A DNA stretch of 64,000 bases, from the NCBI GenBank assembly GCA_001662655.1, contig KV460223.1, one strand, 5' to 3'. Origin of the DNA: Pseudogymnoascus verrucosus. Lineage: Eukaryota. The notes under the pieces are model-generated. The model saw nothing but the letters and a program-made list of their open reading frames with translations. It was not told the DNA's origin and searched no databases. Shown piece by piece: positions 1-12,521 of the stretch (position 1 is the stretch's first letter; every line of letters starts with the position of its first letter). Made by a program: the position numbers and the translations under genes.

Positions 1-944
1 AAATGGCCCGTTGTTGTGCGCCAGGGCCGCGGAGCTGGGAGGAATGAAAGGTATGCTTACGTGTCGCTTTGTTTGGAGGTTTATTGAGATGCAAACAGAC
101 GCCACTGTTAGAGATGAGATGAGTCTCACGATGGGTCGGGCGTCGAGGGAAGGGACAGCCTTCCGTCCTGTCTCTCCTGGCCGTCCCTCGCCTTACAGTG
201 AAACAACACGGGGATGAAACGTTGAACCACAGATCACAGATATTCACTGTAGATGATACAGATGATAAAGATGATACAAACAGACAGATACTGTATAAAG
301 TGGACAACTGCCAGCCACTAGTAGCCTTATTGACCGACGATCGATCTGACCAAGAAGCGGGCAATAGGGCTGGTAACATCTCGGACCACCGACGGGCCAG
401 CCGCACGTCAACACACCCATCCGAATCCAAAACACTGCATATCCCGCCGCCTATCAGTATGTGTACCATACATCCGCCCCGTCACTTCTCTCTTCTCATA
501 TCACAACATACCCAGCGCCGTGGCAACACCCCACCATCATCATCCTTCTCGAATAAAGCGTTTCCTTTTTCATCTTCTTCCCGCCCTTCTCGTCGCCTGC
601 GGTCTGGCGATCTCTCGGCCAACTCGCTGAAATGGGATATGTGGTATGCATGTTGGCATATTCCACATTTGAGATCTGATCGTATGCCTAGCCGCGCGCA
701 TTAGACCCTGAGTGTGAGTTCCTCTTACTGTCTCAGTATATGGAATATATCTTACCCTCCATTTTCCCTTGTTTCGTTTCTTTCGTTTCTTTCGTTTCAT
801 TCTTTATCTTCACACATTCTCCTTAAAGTCTCATACACACATCTATCTACCTATCTATCTATCTATTGATCTGTCTGAGAAACATCCGCGTCACGGTCCC
901 GAGCCACAACATTCTCTGCCTGAGTCCTGTCCCTTCGGCCTAGA

Positions 945-1970
945 ATGACCGACATGTCCCCGTGCCGGTTGTGCGCAGCACCCTTCCCGCCCGTGATTGT
1001 TCGCATAGTCGACGCACCCGCGCTCCCAGCCCTCCCCGAGTTTGAGGATAAATGGCCCAACTTCCTCGATTCTCCACTTCCGCCAATTCCTCACCCTTCT
1101 CGCTCTGCTAAGAAACAATATTACCGCCTATTCCCACACCAGAGAGCAATGCCTCCTACGCCGCCGTCGTCGCCGCGGCACTTCAAGCTTGTGACCAGCG
1201 ATAGCACTATCCCAGCGTACGATCTGCACGCTCTGTCGCCCCTCTCGCCAATGGAGCAACTCTTCCTTGTCACCCCGTCAAGCGACACATCGAGTCTGAG
1301 CGACCCGTCAATCCACTCCCCCTCAGACGAAGACGACGACTATGACGCCTCAGGACTCCCATCCTGGCACAACTCCTACGACTTCCCCGCCACCCCCAGT
1401 GCATCGCCCACCGAGCTATCACCTCTATACAGGTGCAACTCCCCCTCCAAATTCGCATTCGACATCTCCTCCATGCCACCCCCACCAATCCCTCCACGCT
1501 CCTCATCGCGCAACTCCAACCACACCACCAAGTCCCCCCGCCAACGTCCCCAAGCTGGACCACCTCTCCACTTCGCTGCGCCGCGCCGTGCGCCGCAGCT
1601 CGTGGCACCGGCGTTTAGGCACCATGCGACGCCCCCGCTGCCGCCGCCTGGGTTTGCACCACAAGGAACTATACAGCCACTTCACCCATCTACTTATTCT
1701 ACAAATACGAGTCCTTTGAGCCCCTTGCTTCCTCCTAGCCCTCTTGCTCGTGCGGTGCCACTGCCTACGTCGCCGGTCTTGGCTGAGAGGAGCGTGTTTG
1801 ACTATGAAGAGGAGGGTGCGAGGGGGTTGAAGGGTGTTAAGGCGAGGTTTCATAAACATAGTGTCTCGTCGGGGGCGCAGGGTGGGAGGAGGAAGAGCGC
1901 GGGGGAGGTGGTGAAGGGTATATTTGGGGGTTGGTCTGAGAAGGGTGGGAGAAGTGGGAAGGGTACATGA
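945..1970 (+). CDS. Hypothetical Pro/Ser-rich, probably disordered protein (341 aa)
   Basis: Uninterrupted ATG-initiated ORF, preceded by a pyrimidine-rich leader and followed by an AT-rich 3' region. No recognisable domain. Confidence 0.6.
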   Translation: MTDMSPCRLCAAPFPPVIVRIVDAPALPALPEFEDKWPNFLDSPLPPIPHPSRSAKKQYYRLFPHQRAMPPTPPSSPRHFKLVTSDSTIPAYDLHALSPLSPMEQLFLVTPSSDTSSLSDPSIHSPSDEDDDYDASGLPSWHNSYDFPATPSASPTELSPLYRCNSPSKFAFDISSMPPPPIPPRSSSRNSNHTTKSPRQRPQAGPPLHFAAPRRAPQLVAPAFRHHATPPLPPPGFAPQGTIQPLHPSTYSTNTSPLSPLLPPSPLARAVPLPTSPVLAERSVFDYEEEGARGLKGVKARFHKHSVSSGAQGGRRKSAGEVVKGIFGGWSEKGGRSGKGT

Positions 1971-2185
1971 GATGGTGGTTAGGAGTTTTTGGACCTGGGA
2001 TTTGGATTTGGATTTATATTCGGTGTTTTTATTAGATTGGTGTTAAGTGTGCATCTTGGATATGTTTTTATGAATATAACGAAATGGTTGGGTATTATAT
2101 TTATTTAATCCTCTTGATCAATAACAAGAGTACTTCTGATTGAAGAAAGCACCCCTAGGAGCTTAACAACTTACTCATACATTGC

Positions 2186-3802
2186 TCATCTAAAAATATA
2201 CAACTTACTCAAATCCACCTTCTCCACATCCAACACATCCCTCGCCCTCTTAAACCTCATCATCACCAACCTCTCCTCCGCCTCCCACCTCCCCACCCCC
2301 TCCTCCACCACCTCCTGGCCTCGTCCAAACCACCCCTTCTTCACCACACCACCCCCCTCCTTCTTCCTCCTCTTCTCCTCCTTAGCAAGCTTCCCAACCA
2401 TCTGACTCCAATTATCCAACCCCGTCTGCAAACACTGTCTGCACACCCTATCCTCCTTAACCCCGCCTCTCAACTCCTCTTCCGCAACATCAACACTCTC
2501 CCTCGTCCACGCGAGCCCGCTCTCCTTCCCCGCTATATCAGAGGCGGAAGCATACATAATCTCCCCAATAAACGCCATCAGCGCCGCCTCCTCGCATTTC
2601 TCCTCCGATCCCCGAGTAGGGGCTAGATTTCCATCCGGTGGCGGAGGCGGGAATTCCGGCGGGATGAGCGCATACTTGACTAAATCGACAGCCTGCTTAG
2701 CTAATCCCCCTCGATCTTCCACCTGCTTTGGCGGTGCAGCCGGCAGCGCGCGCCGCGCCCGGAGAACAGATAGGAAAATTGGTAGAGCACCGGCGAGGTC
2801 TTTATTCCTAGCCTTATGCTCCGCCATTGCTGTTGTGGCGCGGAGCACATTCCGTGACGGCGCTACGGCTGTCGGTTTGATTGTGTGCGTCGCTGGATCC
2901 ACCACCGAATCAGGCTCTGCGATGCTAGACTTCGCGATATCAAGACCCCACTTGAACATCTCTCCCGCCGCCTCAGGCGTCCCCTTGTAATCCAGCCACG
3001 ATCCGTAGGCAAGCGCAGCGTAGAGGCGCTGGGTGTCTGTGAAGCCGGTTGTCGTCAAGATACGCATATAGAAAGTCTCCGGCGGTAAATACGCCGGCTC
3101 ACAATCATCTTCGTGCGGCGGTGGGGGGCATCCGGGCTGGAGGGGACGAGGGTTTGGGTTCGAGGGGCCGACGATGGCGACTTTGGGGAAGACGAGGCCG
3201 CGGGTTTTATCTTTGGCGCAGGAGTCGAGGAATTCGGCTGCGCGTGCTGCGCCCAGGAGGGCTTCGTAGTAGCCTCTACGCCAGTTCTCTGGTTTGGCGG
3301 TGATGTCGTATCCTGACCTTCCCACGCCGGGGATGAGGATCTGGCTCTCGTCCTCGCCCTGCTGTACTAGTCCCGCGCCATCGATCTCCGGGTCCTCCAG
3401 CCGCTTCAGCAGCTGCATATATCTATCCCCGCTGAACGTCCAGTTCACACCACCTGCATCGCGGAGTTTCTCCGAATCGTGGACCCGACAACCGCGGTAC
3501 AGTTTGCGCGACCAGAAGGTGTATTCGTGCGGGCTGGGGAACTCGCGTTCCATCTTCTCCTGCTCGAAGCCGTATGCGGCGATGAACAGCAGCACGCCCG
3601 AGGAGAGGGCGTAGATGCCCCAGCGCAGCTCCATCTTGAGCCATGCTTTGCGCTCCTTGGTGAGGATGCGTGCGTAGAAGGTGCGGGGACGCGGGGAGGA
3701 GTGGTGGAGGTAGGGGAGCTGGGGGCGGGATCGGGGGAGTTGCGTGAAGTAGCGGATTAGCGGCCTGCCGCCCAGCAGGATTCGGCGTGGCATCGGGTTC
3801 AT
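2186..3802 (-). CDS. Conserved fungal hypothetical protein, probably mitochondrial membrane-anchored (538 aa)
   Basis: Single 538-aa ORF. The N-terminus is Arg-rich and acid-free (presequence-like), followed by one hydrophobic segment (GIYALSSGVLLFIAAYGF) and a helical, TPR-like C-terminal region. Confidence 0.75.
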   Translation of the reverse strand: MNPMPRRILLGGRPLIRYFTQLPRSRPQLPYLHHSSPRPRTFYARILTKERKAWLKMELRWGIYALSSGVLLFIAAYGFEQEKMEREFPSPHEYTFWSRKLYRGCRVHDSEKLRDAGGVNWTFSGDRYMQLLKRLEDPEIDGAGLVQQGEDESQILIPGVGRSGYDITAKPENWRRGYYEALLGAARAAEFLDSCAKDKTRGLVFPKVAIVGPSNPNPRPLQPGCPPPPHEDDCEPAYLPPETFYMRILTTTGFTDTQRLYAALAYGSWLDYKGTPEAAGEMFKWGLDIAKSSIAEPDSVVDPATHTIKPTAVAPSRNVLRATTAMAEHKARNKDLAGALPIFLSVLRARRALPAAPPKQVEDRGGLAKQAVDLVKYALIPPEFPPPPPDGNLAPTRGSEEKCEEAALMAFIGEIMYASASDIAGKESGLAWTRESVDVAEEELRGGVKEDRVCRQCLQTGLDNWSQMVGKLAKEEKRRKKEGGGVVKKGWFGRGQEVVEEGVGRWEAEERLVMMRFKRARDVLDVEKVDLSKLYIFR

Positions 3803-4494
3803 TGTTGCTGGCCGGAGAGCCCGGTTAGGCTACATATGATGCGATTGTTGTGTCGATTGGCGTAGGGCGAGGTTGGCTGTCGTTGCGATGGATCGTGGTC
3901 TAGAGTTAGTTTACTTTGGGCCCAAAAGTTTGCGGAGGGCCCGGCCCGTCTTTGTTGCTAAGTATAGTATAGCCTTAAAGTGTTAAGCGTATTGTATGTA
4001 CCTCTTTAAACGTCTAGTGCTTGCATCTGTCTTAAGAGCTGAAGCAACAATAGATTTATTATACAATAATTTTACAATCTTCCTATATACCATACTATAT
4101 ACAATATAACCACTCTATGACTGGCTTTTGTTATACCGAGTTAAAATCGTACACCAGTTACAGCATTGGCCATCTTGCAACTGCTGACTAATCAAATCCC
4201 TTTGACAATTCGCGGCGTTGGATCGTCGACCCCAACCACCCCCCAAGACACTCCGCGCGCGCTTGTCTCACCTTCTACATCAAGACCGACGCACAGAGAG
4301 ACATACAGACAAACAAGAATACCACGGTTGAACGATAGACACGGCTTCACAATGACTTTATGAAGACGCTTTAGGAAGACCTCACTCATTTGAGAATGAT
4401 AGAATGATTCCCAGCAAGCACGCGCCGTCGTCCAAGTTATAGTACAAGCAGTCGCATACTCCTCACCAAGCCGCCACTTCCACCACATGCCACG

Positions 4495-7476
4495 ATGCCG
4501 TCGCGCGAGCGTGAGACCTCAGCTGGAGCCGCGAACGCGCTCACCCCGGGCTCGCTGAAACGACACAAGACGCTGCCCCATCCCAAGCGCGACCGATCCA
4601 CCGAGACCTACTACTCCTCTCCCCCGTCGACGGCGACCCAAACCATGTCCGTTGACTCCGACGTCTCTCCCCCATCAACATCGTCCTACGACCTCAGCCC
4701 ACGCACCCTCAAGCACGCATCAAAACGAATAGGCCTGCCAGACCTCCCGCCAACTCCTCCGGCGCATTCGCGAAATCCCTCGGACGAAACTCAGACCCCA
4801 GCCGTGCCATTCAGGGCGAATGGCACAGCGACAGATTCGTCCACCCCGAACACTCCGCCAAACGTTCACAGTCCGCCTACTCCTGACTTCACGCCCCCGC
4901 GAAATCCCAGACGCGCGTCGTTGATGCGGCCGGCCCCCAGTGAGAGGAATTCATCATCACGCGCTGAATCGTTCAGGACAGCACGAGAGAACCAGTCTTC
5001 GGAGGAGATTCGCTCTGTATTCACTCCGGGAGAGTCCACCCCCATGGATCCAGAGCCGCTGTATGTTGGGTTGGGGCTAGACTTGGATATAGATAGGCGT
5101 CGAACCCCGACGCCGGTGCTGCGTCAAAAGTTTTCCTTTGAGGACGAAGAGTTTCGCCGCTTTGACGGCGACTGGAATGTGACAGACAGAGTAGAACGCA
5201 AGGAGAGGTATCGCCGAGACGATGATCTCATGAAGAATGTGACGGTGCGGAGGCGCACGGCGCGGAAACCGTATCGTTTTGATGAGAGTCCTGTTATTCC
5301 TGTTATGCAGGAAGTGCGCGTTGATCGCCCTGTCGCGCCAACAAACGCGACGATTCATTTGCAGGAGTTTGGGCTGGGGAATGGCACGTCGGACATGGTT
5401 AAAGATGTTAGCTCGGCAGATACGCTAAGAGGGAGCGAGGTAAACCGGCAGCTGTGGCCTGAGAAGGCGAGAGCAGAGAGCTCCCCAGTACCTGATGTAC
5501 GACGGTTCTCGTCGATGTCAGGAAAGTCGAATGCTACTACTATCGGGGCTGTTGTTGTCGTTAATTCGCCTCCAACTCAGAGAAGAACGCTACGACATAC
5601 TAAGAAACAGTATGGGCTGCGGGATTTTACCCCTCCGGGTCTCCCAACTGCACCAGCAGTAACTAATGGCCAGCCCAACGGAGCAAGCGAAGTTGCAAGC
5701 CGGATCATTAACAAGAGCAACGGATCCTCGAGGCATAACCACAACAGCCTCAACTCCACCGCGACCACCACAGCAAGCACCAGGTCACGCAGGAGAATCT
5801 TATCCGAGGGCGCTATCCCTGTCGTCGTGGTCCCTGAGCGCCGATCCTCAGTGAAGCCTGCTCAGGCCCCCTCCCTCCGCTCAGCAAGCAGCCGTCACAC
5901 GAGGAAGAGCGTATCTTTGCAGTCTGCTCCCTTGTCCCAGTCAGCTGGGTCTAATATCCCCGGCACAATCGAGCAGCCCACCATCCGGCAGAGGCGGATG
6001 TCCGATTCCGCCACGTCTCGGGTCCAGTCAGAACGCAGTACCGATGGCCCGCCTGTGATCCCGCAGCGCCGTTCATCTCTCTCCGCACCGACGAGCAGGA
6101 ATACTTCCCGCTCGGGATCTCTGACCGCAGAGAGCCTGCGGGCGCATAACGCAATACAGGCGGTTGAAGCCGCCAAACTCGCTGCACTAGCTCCTCTCCC
6201 ACCGCCCGTGCCGCCTAAGGATAGTGTACCACTTAGCAACACGCTGACTGTTGATACCAATGGGGACCCGTTCTTCGGCCAACGACTTTCGGCTCAAGTT
6301 ACGCCGTTCTCGCAGTCATCACACGATACACATGGTACGGCACTCGAGATATCCGAAGCGCTGGCTATAAACCTGTACCCGCACCAGAACAGGTCCGTAC
6401 TCATGATCGAACACGGCCCTCTGCAACCTCGCTCTGCGCCCAAAGGCCGACCAATCCATCTCCGAACCTCCTCACTTCCTCTCCCAACCGATCCAGATCC
6501 TATGACACCCCCCCAACGCGGCTATCCACTCGAAATGGAAGCAGACTCCCCGCTCCGCAACCCCCGCGATCCCCCACAACCACCACTCATTAAATTCATC
6601 CCTCCCACTCCCGCTGCCGTCTCCCCTGATGACGACTCTAAACAACTCGGCCACGATTTCCTTTCCGGAGAAGCACACACCATCTCAGCTGTGCCGCCTG
6701 AACGTCGTCCGTCGCTTCTGCAACGCGCCCTCTCCGCCCACCGCCGTGAGAGCATGTCCATCTCCACCATCCTCCCACGACGTTTTTCCCTAGGCCGCCA
6801 GCCACAGAACAGCGTCGATACCGCGACTCCGCATACGTACCCCACCGTCTCTGACCAGCCCGCTGACACGTCGCGCCTGCATCCATTCTGGCGCCCTGCG
6901 CGCTTCTGGGACGATCTGGACAGCGACGATGAGTACTCTGACGACGAGTGGGACGACCGCAACTACTACCCCCCGTCAGCAAATGTGCATCCTGCACTGT
7001 CGGCGCCGAAGCGAAGTCTCTCTTCGGTGTTGAAACGCACCTTCTCCATCATGCCCGCGCGCGACCGCGAGATTGGGTTTGGTGCACCGCGCCGCACGAT
7101 CCGCCGTTCGGGGTCGGGGAACCTGCGCGTTGTGCAGAGGAACAATGGTAGCGTAGGGAGCGTCGCGTTGGGGGAGTATGTGCGCTTTGCGAGTGCGCGA
7201 CAGGGGATGCGGAATTCGAGCGCACCGATAGAAGGGATGTCGGGAAGCGATAGTCGGATGTCGAGGGAGCGGATGCGCGATGTTGGGTTTGGGAGGTGGA
7301 ATTTCAAGGTCGGGGTGAGGTGGGTGAGTGTTTCGGGGGTGGAGCGGTGGGCGGAGCGGAGGAGGGAGAGGAGGAGAGAGGGGTTGAGGAGGAGTATTAG
7401 TGGGCCGAGGGGCGTGAGGGATGGGGTGGAGGATGTGCTTCGAGGGAGGGTGGAGGGGGGCGCGAGAGCTGATTAG
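4495..7476 (+). CDS. Large Ser/Pro/Arg-rich hypothetical protein (993 aa)
   Basis: Intronless 993-aa ORF, mostly low-complexity, with conserved-looking islands (EISEALAINLYPHQNRSVLMIE; LHPFWRPARFWDD). Confidence 0.8.
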   Translation: MPSRERETSAGAANALTPGSLKRHKTLPHPKRDRSTETYYSSPPSTATQTMSVDSDVSPPSTSSYDLSPRTLKHASKRIGLPDLPPTPPAHSRNPSDETQTPAVPFRANGTATDSSTPNTPPNVHSPPTPDFTPPRNPRRASLMRPAPSERNSSSRAESFRTARENQSSEEIRSVFTPGESTPMDPEPLYVGLGLDLDIDRRRTPTPVLRQKFSFEDEEFRRFDGDWNVTDRVERKERYRRDDDLMKNVTVRRRTARKPYRFDESPVIPVMQEVRVDRPVAPTNATIHLQEFGLGNGTSDMVKDVSSADTLRGSEVNRQLWPEKARAESSPVPDVRRFSSMSGKSNATTIGAVVVVNSPPTQRRTLRHTKKQYGLRDFTPPGLPTAPAVTNGQPNGASEVASRIINKSNGSSRHNHNSLNSTATTTASTRSRRRILSEGAIPVVVVPERRSSVKPAQAPSLRSASSRHTRKSVSLQSAPLSQSAGSNIPGTIEQPTIRQRRMSDSATSRVQSERSTDGPPVIPQRRSSLSAPTSRNTSRSGSLTAESLRAHNAIQAVEAAKLAALAPLPPPVPPKDSVPLSNTLTVDTNGDPFFGQRLSAQVTPFSQSSHDTHGTALEISEALAINLYPHQNRSVLMIEHGPLQPRSAPKGRPIHLRTSSLPLPTDPDPMTPPQRGYPLEMEADSPLRNPRDPPQPPLIKFIPPTPAAVSPDDDSKQLGHDFLSGEAHTISAVPPERRPSLLQRALSAHRRESMSISTILPRRFSLGRQPQNSVDTATPHTYPTVSDQPADTSRLHPFWRPARFWDDLDSDDEYSDDEWDDRNYYPPSANVHPALSAPKRSLSSVLKRTFSIMPARDREIGFGAPRRTIRRSGSGNLRVVQRNNGSVGSVALGEYVRFASARQGMRNSSAPIEGMSGSDSRMSRERMRDVGFGRWNFKVGVRWVSVSGVERWAERRRERRREGLRRSISGPRGVRDGVEDVLRGRVEGGARAD

Positions 7477-7923
7477 ATGGGTGCGTGGGAGGAGGGGTGT
7501 ATGAACAGCGACGGGGGAAGGGAAAAGTAACCCGGTATTCACAGGACGGTCGAGATTTTGATGGGCCCAGAGAGCGTTGTCTGCTGTGCGGCACGCGGCT
7601 GGAGGTCTATATAACTCATTTTTGCTTTTTTAGGAGCGCGGTGGACACTTCATGAGGGTTATGATTTATGATCTTGATGATTATACATGGCTTGCTTTGG
7701 TTTAGGATTTTAGGGTTTTAGGGATGGGGAGTTTGGGGCTTTTTTGCGTGCTTGAAAATTAGGGAGTCATTATCATTATGCAGGATGGGAGGGGAGCGGG
7801 AGTGGGCGCAGATAGTTTTAAGAATATCTTTCATTCGCTGGATTTGTTCTATAGAGGGCTCTTAAAATAAAAGGGTTCAAATTTATGGCGCGTGTGTTGT
7901 TTCCCCTAGCGGCCCTTCATCAC

Positions 7924-8671
7924 CTATTGAAGAGCTGCCTGCCAAACCTTAAGCCTATCAGGGTTGAATCCCGTCCATCCCTTATCCGCATAGCTGCCGC
8001 CACCAGCGCCAACCTTGGCGGGGAACGATTTCCCTTCGTTGCTCAGCTTCGTCAAGACATCCTCCGCATACTCGAACCACACTTTAGCAGCATCCACATC
8101 TGCTGACGAGGCCTCGCCCGTTCCCTCAAATGCTGACCGTAACGTCCACAAGCCGAACATGGAAAAGTCAAACGTAGGTGTAGATTGAGAAAGAGAAGTT
8201 AGGCGGGCTAGGAAGGCGTTTATGTTGCGCCACTGGCTTGCAGAGAAGTCGTTGGCAGAGCCTGTGCTAGGAGCTGTGTTATGTTAGAAACCTAAGAATA
8301 TCGAGAAAGCGGCGGGTGGTTATACTTCTATTCCATGCGTCTCTTACAGAAACACCAAAGAGGGGTAGATCGCTCCACACCTTCACCTTCTCCCCCCAGA
8401 CTTCAACCTCGCTCGCACCGTCTTTCGTGAGGGTCTGCTGCTGGACGGCGCGCACGATAGACACTAAATGTTCTTGGGACTGGTGCTCGGTATCCGCCGC
8501 CACATTAATTATGCTTTCCCAGACGGGCCTAAGACTGCCTTCAATGTCCGACTCTGGAGACCCTGTTGAGAGTTTATCTTCGGCTGGCGCTGTGAGAGCA
8601 CGTGCGGCCGATGCGGGGTCGGTCTTTGACGCGATGGAGGCATTTAGGGAGTGGAGTTCCTGAGAAGACAT
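7924..8671 (-). CDS. DUF3632-like fungal protein, 2 exons
   Basis: Exon 8671-8326, GT-AG intron 8325-8274 with CTAAC branch site, exon 8273-7924. Motifs WSDLPLFG..VRDAWN, W.NINAFLARLT and FGLWTLRSAFE are typical of the family. Confidence 0.7.
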
Positions 8672-9248
8672 TTTGGATGTGATAATGCAATTTTGTATTA
8701 AATGTGAATAAGTTGAAGCTATAGGAAATTACCAGTCAAATTTATATACCTGTTTTGGCGTTTCTTATAAGCGCTGCCTGAGAGCCGTCAAGGTGTGTGG
8801 CGGGACAGCGTTGTGAGTGGTCAAAGCTTAGCTGGCGGGAGCTCCCTCACCAGTCCACTTTCATGGTACGCCAAAGCGTCGACGTCATGTCTTCCATAGA
8901 ATGTCCAATTCTCCATTAAATGTCCGAATTATAGATCCAACTACCCTAGAGCCACCTTTCCTTTGTTCAGAAAAACAGAATATGTTCTAAAATCAACTTC
9001 AATGCCGGGCCAATAATTCCGAATCAAGGCAAACGGAGCTCAAACAGCACCGTCGACCCCGCCCACACCGCAGTTGAACCGTACAGCCAACCCCTACAAC
9101 CTCCAAATTGGCATCCCGTTTCCTCCGCAGCATCGCCCGCCAAGTCCCCAACTACTTTCCCGAGTCGCTGATCGGCCCAGCCTCCGCGTGGACTGGCACC
9201 TCGAAACCCAAACCGGGGCGGCTCGACTGGCCGGAGCCAGACGCAAGC

Positions 9249-12200
9249 ATGACCCCGACCTCGTCAGCAGCGGCCCCGAAGAAGGTGGAGAAGTCGTACC
9301 TCTCGTCGGCGGTGGAGTCGATTTCGCCGTGGACGAGTTCAAGGCCGGCGACGCCGAAGCCGGCGCAGGGGAGTGGTGTGGCGGCGGAGGCGCAGGCGCA
9401 GTCGGCGCAGAGGGGTGGTGATCATAGTGTCGGGCGCTCGCATGGGATTAGTACGAGGAGGTATCCAGAGGATTGTCCCCCGCTTAAGACGAAGTGGTTT
9501 TATGCGGTTGATGTAAGGCTCCTGTGTCAGCTACTTGGGCGCTTGCTAACGTGTTGAAGGCTCCAAAGCGAAAACCTAAGTTGCTGAAGGACGTCAATAT
9601 CGAGTCGAAACCGCTGCCTGCGCCGAAGAAATACTTGACGTTCTCCCCGGGAGATTCTCAGTCTATCGAGAAGGCATATCAGAAGTTTATCGAGGATGAA
9701 GAGGATGAGGGCCAAACGGCTCAAAGTCCGATCGACTTGACACAAACGACACCAGAGTCAAAGCCTGGCAGGAAGGAGAATAGCTCTCTGGAAGGGGACG
9801 GTTCTCTGAAGCAGCGGAGGACAATCAAGGTACCTGTCAATGAGGACTATCTATTTGATGTCGACATTGAGGAGAGAGAACTCGCGCCGGTTTATTGGCT
9901 TGGACCAATATATGACGTGAGGAGGGGTACCTGGTTCTATCAGGAGGGTTCGACGCTTCGACCGTGTGATGAGAACTTGGCAACACAGCTGGAGGAGGGA
10001 TATCTGAAGGTCAAGCCATTTCGCTATCCGAAGCCTGCCGTTAAAGATACTCAGCCAAAAACTACGGAGGGGGGGAAACTGCCTACCGACATGGGTGCTT
10101 CCGAAGTCACTCCCAAAGCATCTGCTGAGAATTTGAAAGCGGCCACGGAGCAGGCTGGAAGAAAGCCTACGGATGCCGTACACCAACCTCAGACCCACCG
10201 CCTGTTTGGCTCATATATGAACTCCATTGTCACATACCAGGATGACACCGTTGCGTGGCTATCAGATGACAGCATCGTTTCCCGCATGAGTACAACCGTT
10301 TACCAACGATTCGCAGGAGGTGGCTATATGAGCGGTGTGAAGATTGTCCGAGGTTATACTAAAGGGGAGAAGACTTCAACTGATGCTAAGACTGAGGTTC
10401 CTTTGGCCCCAGAAACAGATATGGTAGATGAGTCTGATAAGGCAGGTCTTCGACTTGATGAAAGGCAACAGAGGCTTTTGAAGCGCAGATCTGCCCCAGC
10501 CGGGACGCTGAGGGCATCCGATATTCGCGACTTACATGCCGAAGCGGAGAAGCCGGCGTCAAGCGGTAGTTCGACCCCGAAAGCTGAAGAGGCAATAAGA
10601 AAACTAGACGAGAAGGAGATTCGGGATGATTATCAGGACCATCCTACCGAAGATCAATCGCGCGAGATTGAACATTTGATCCTGGTGACCCATGGCATTG
10701 GACAACGTTTAGGGATGCGGACCGAGAGCGTAAACTTCATCCACGACGTCAATGTCCTCCGTCAGACACTCAAAAGCGTGTATGGAAACTCTGCGGATCT
10801 ACAAGCTCTGAATTCAGAAATTGATAAGCTTCCAAAGAACTGCCGGATTCAGGTCCTCCCAGTGTGCTGGCGACACTTGCTAGATTTCCCTCGCCATGGC
10901 CTAAAGCAGAACCGCAAAGAGCATGATCTTGCTGATGTCTCTAGCGAAGACGAGGAGTACCCAAGCTTGGACGACATTACCGTTGAAGGTGTCCCATTCG
11001 TGAGAAGTCTCATCACTGACCTTGCGCTGGACGTCTTGCTTTATCAGAGCGCTTATAGGGAACACATCTCTAACATCGTGCTCCGCGAGTGCAACCGGGT
11101 GTATAAGCTTTTCTTAGACCGCAATCCAGATTTCAACGGAAAGGTCAGCTTGATCGGACACTCTCTCGGCTCCGCCATCTTCTTCGATATCCTCTGTCGT
11201 CAAAAGGAAGACAAGGATACGTACGGGCTACCCCAGCACCCGAAGTTTTATCACAATCGACCGGGTGTGCAACCTCAAAGCAAGAAGGATGGCAAGGATA
11301 TGAGTTTCGATTTCGAAGTCGAAGACTTTTACTGCCTCGGTAGCCCAATCGGGCTCTTCCAGATGCTCAAGGGGCGAACAATCGCCGCTAGGCATCACCC
11401 TGAAGCAATGCCAGCGCAGAGCCCCATGGATTTGGATATGCTGGATGACCCATTCCTCGCCGCAAATAGCCATCCCAACGAGACGTTTTTCCCCACAAGT
11501 GGGCTCCCCTACTCGATCTCCTCGCCGAAATGCGCACAGCTGTATAACATCTTCCATCCTTCCGACCCCATTGCGTACCGCCTAGAGCCCCTTATAGCGC
11601 CAGCCATGTCATCCCTCAAACCGCAGGCGCTTCCATACACGAAGAAGGGTCTCTTCAATACGTCTGCGGCTCAAGGCATCACAGGAATCGGAGCCAGGGT
11701 CGGCCAGAGCGTAAGCGGTCTCTGGTCGAGCTTCAGCTCCGGAATCGCCAGCAGTCTTATCAACCGAAGCCTCGGACTCACTGGTGAGGATATCGCCAAG
11801 ATGGAGCGAGCACAGGGCCAGAGCATCCGCGAGTCGCCGTTGTCTATGGGCGCCGGAACCAATATCTCTGGTGGTGGCGTCATTACCGATACTCGCACCC
11901 TGACGAGGGAAAACACCAATGAGAAGCAGAGGCAGCTAGCGGAAGATACTGCCAATGCGGACCGCGAGGGCAATGAGAATGCGCCGACGCTGATTGATGA
12001 CGATATAGAGACCCTGTATTCCGGTTTCCAGAAGCGGAGGAAGAGTCATCAAGGGAATGAGGAGAGTAATAAGGAGAGGATTGCGGCGGATGAGAGGGCC
12101 AAGAAGCTCAGGAGGGAGGAGATGAAGGTTAGGGGCTTGAATGAGAATGGACGTATTGATTTCAGTATCCAGGAGTAAGTTACTATCGTGAAGCTCTAAA

Positions 12201-12385
12201 ATGAGGAGACGCTAATTTGAAATAGGAGTGTTCTGGATTTCAACCCTTACAATACTATCGCGAGCCATCTGAGCTATTGGGGCGATGAGGATGTGTGCCA
12301 TTTCATGCAGTCTCAGTTATTATCTAGACACAGGGCGTTCAAGCGGAGGGCCAGCATGGACTTGCTGAAGAAGCCTTTGAAGTGA
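9249..12385 (+). CDS. DDHD-domain intracellular phospholipase A1 (Ddl1/YOR022C-like), 3 exons
   Basis: ATG at 9249; introns 9513-9559 and 12175-12225. Contains HLILVTHGIGQ, the lipase GHSLG motif, YNIFHPSDPIAYRLEPL and a C-terminal ASHLSYW; stop at 12383-12385. Confidence 0.9.
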
Positions 12386-12521
12386 TATTTGGATTCGGTA
12401 GGGCCTAGAAGAGTGTAGACACAATAGAATATGCAAATACAGTTCCATCCATCTTCATCTAGCGAATGGTCATTATAATTCATATCTCATACATATAATT
12501 ACAGCAAGCTCCTGTAGACGA

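Noticed and set aside
7700..7725. Telomere-like TTTAGGG words
   Set aside because: Only two to three imperfect units, inside a G/T-rich 3' UTR.
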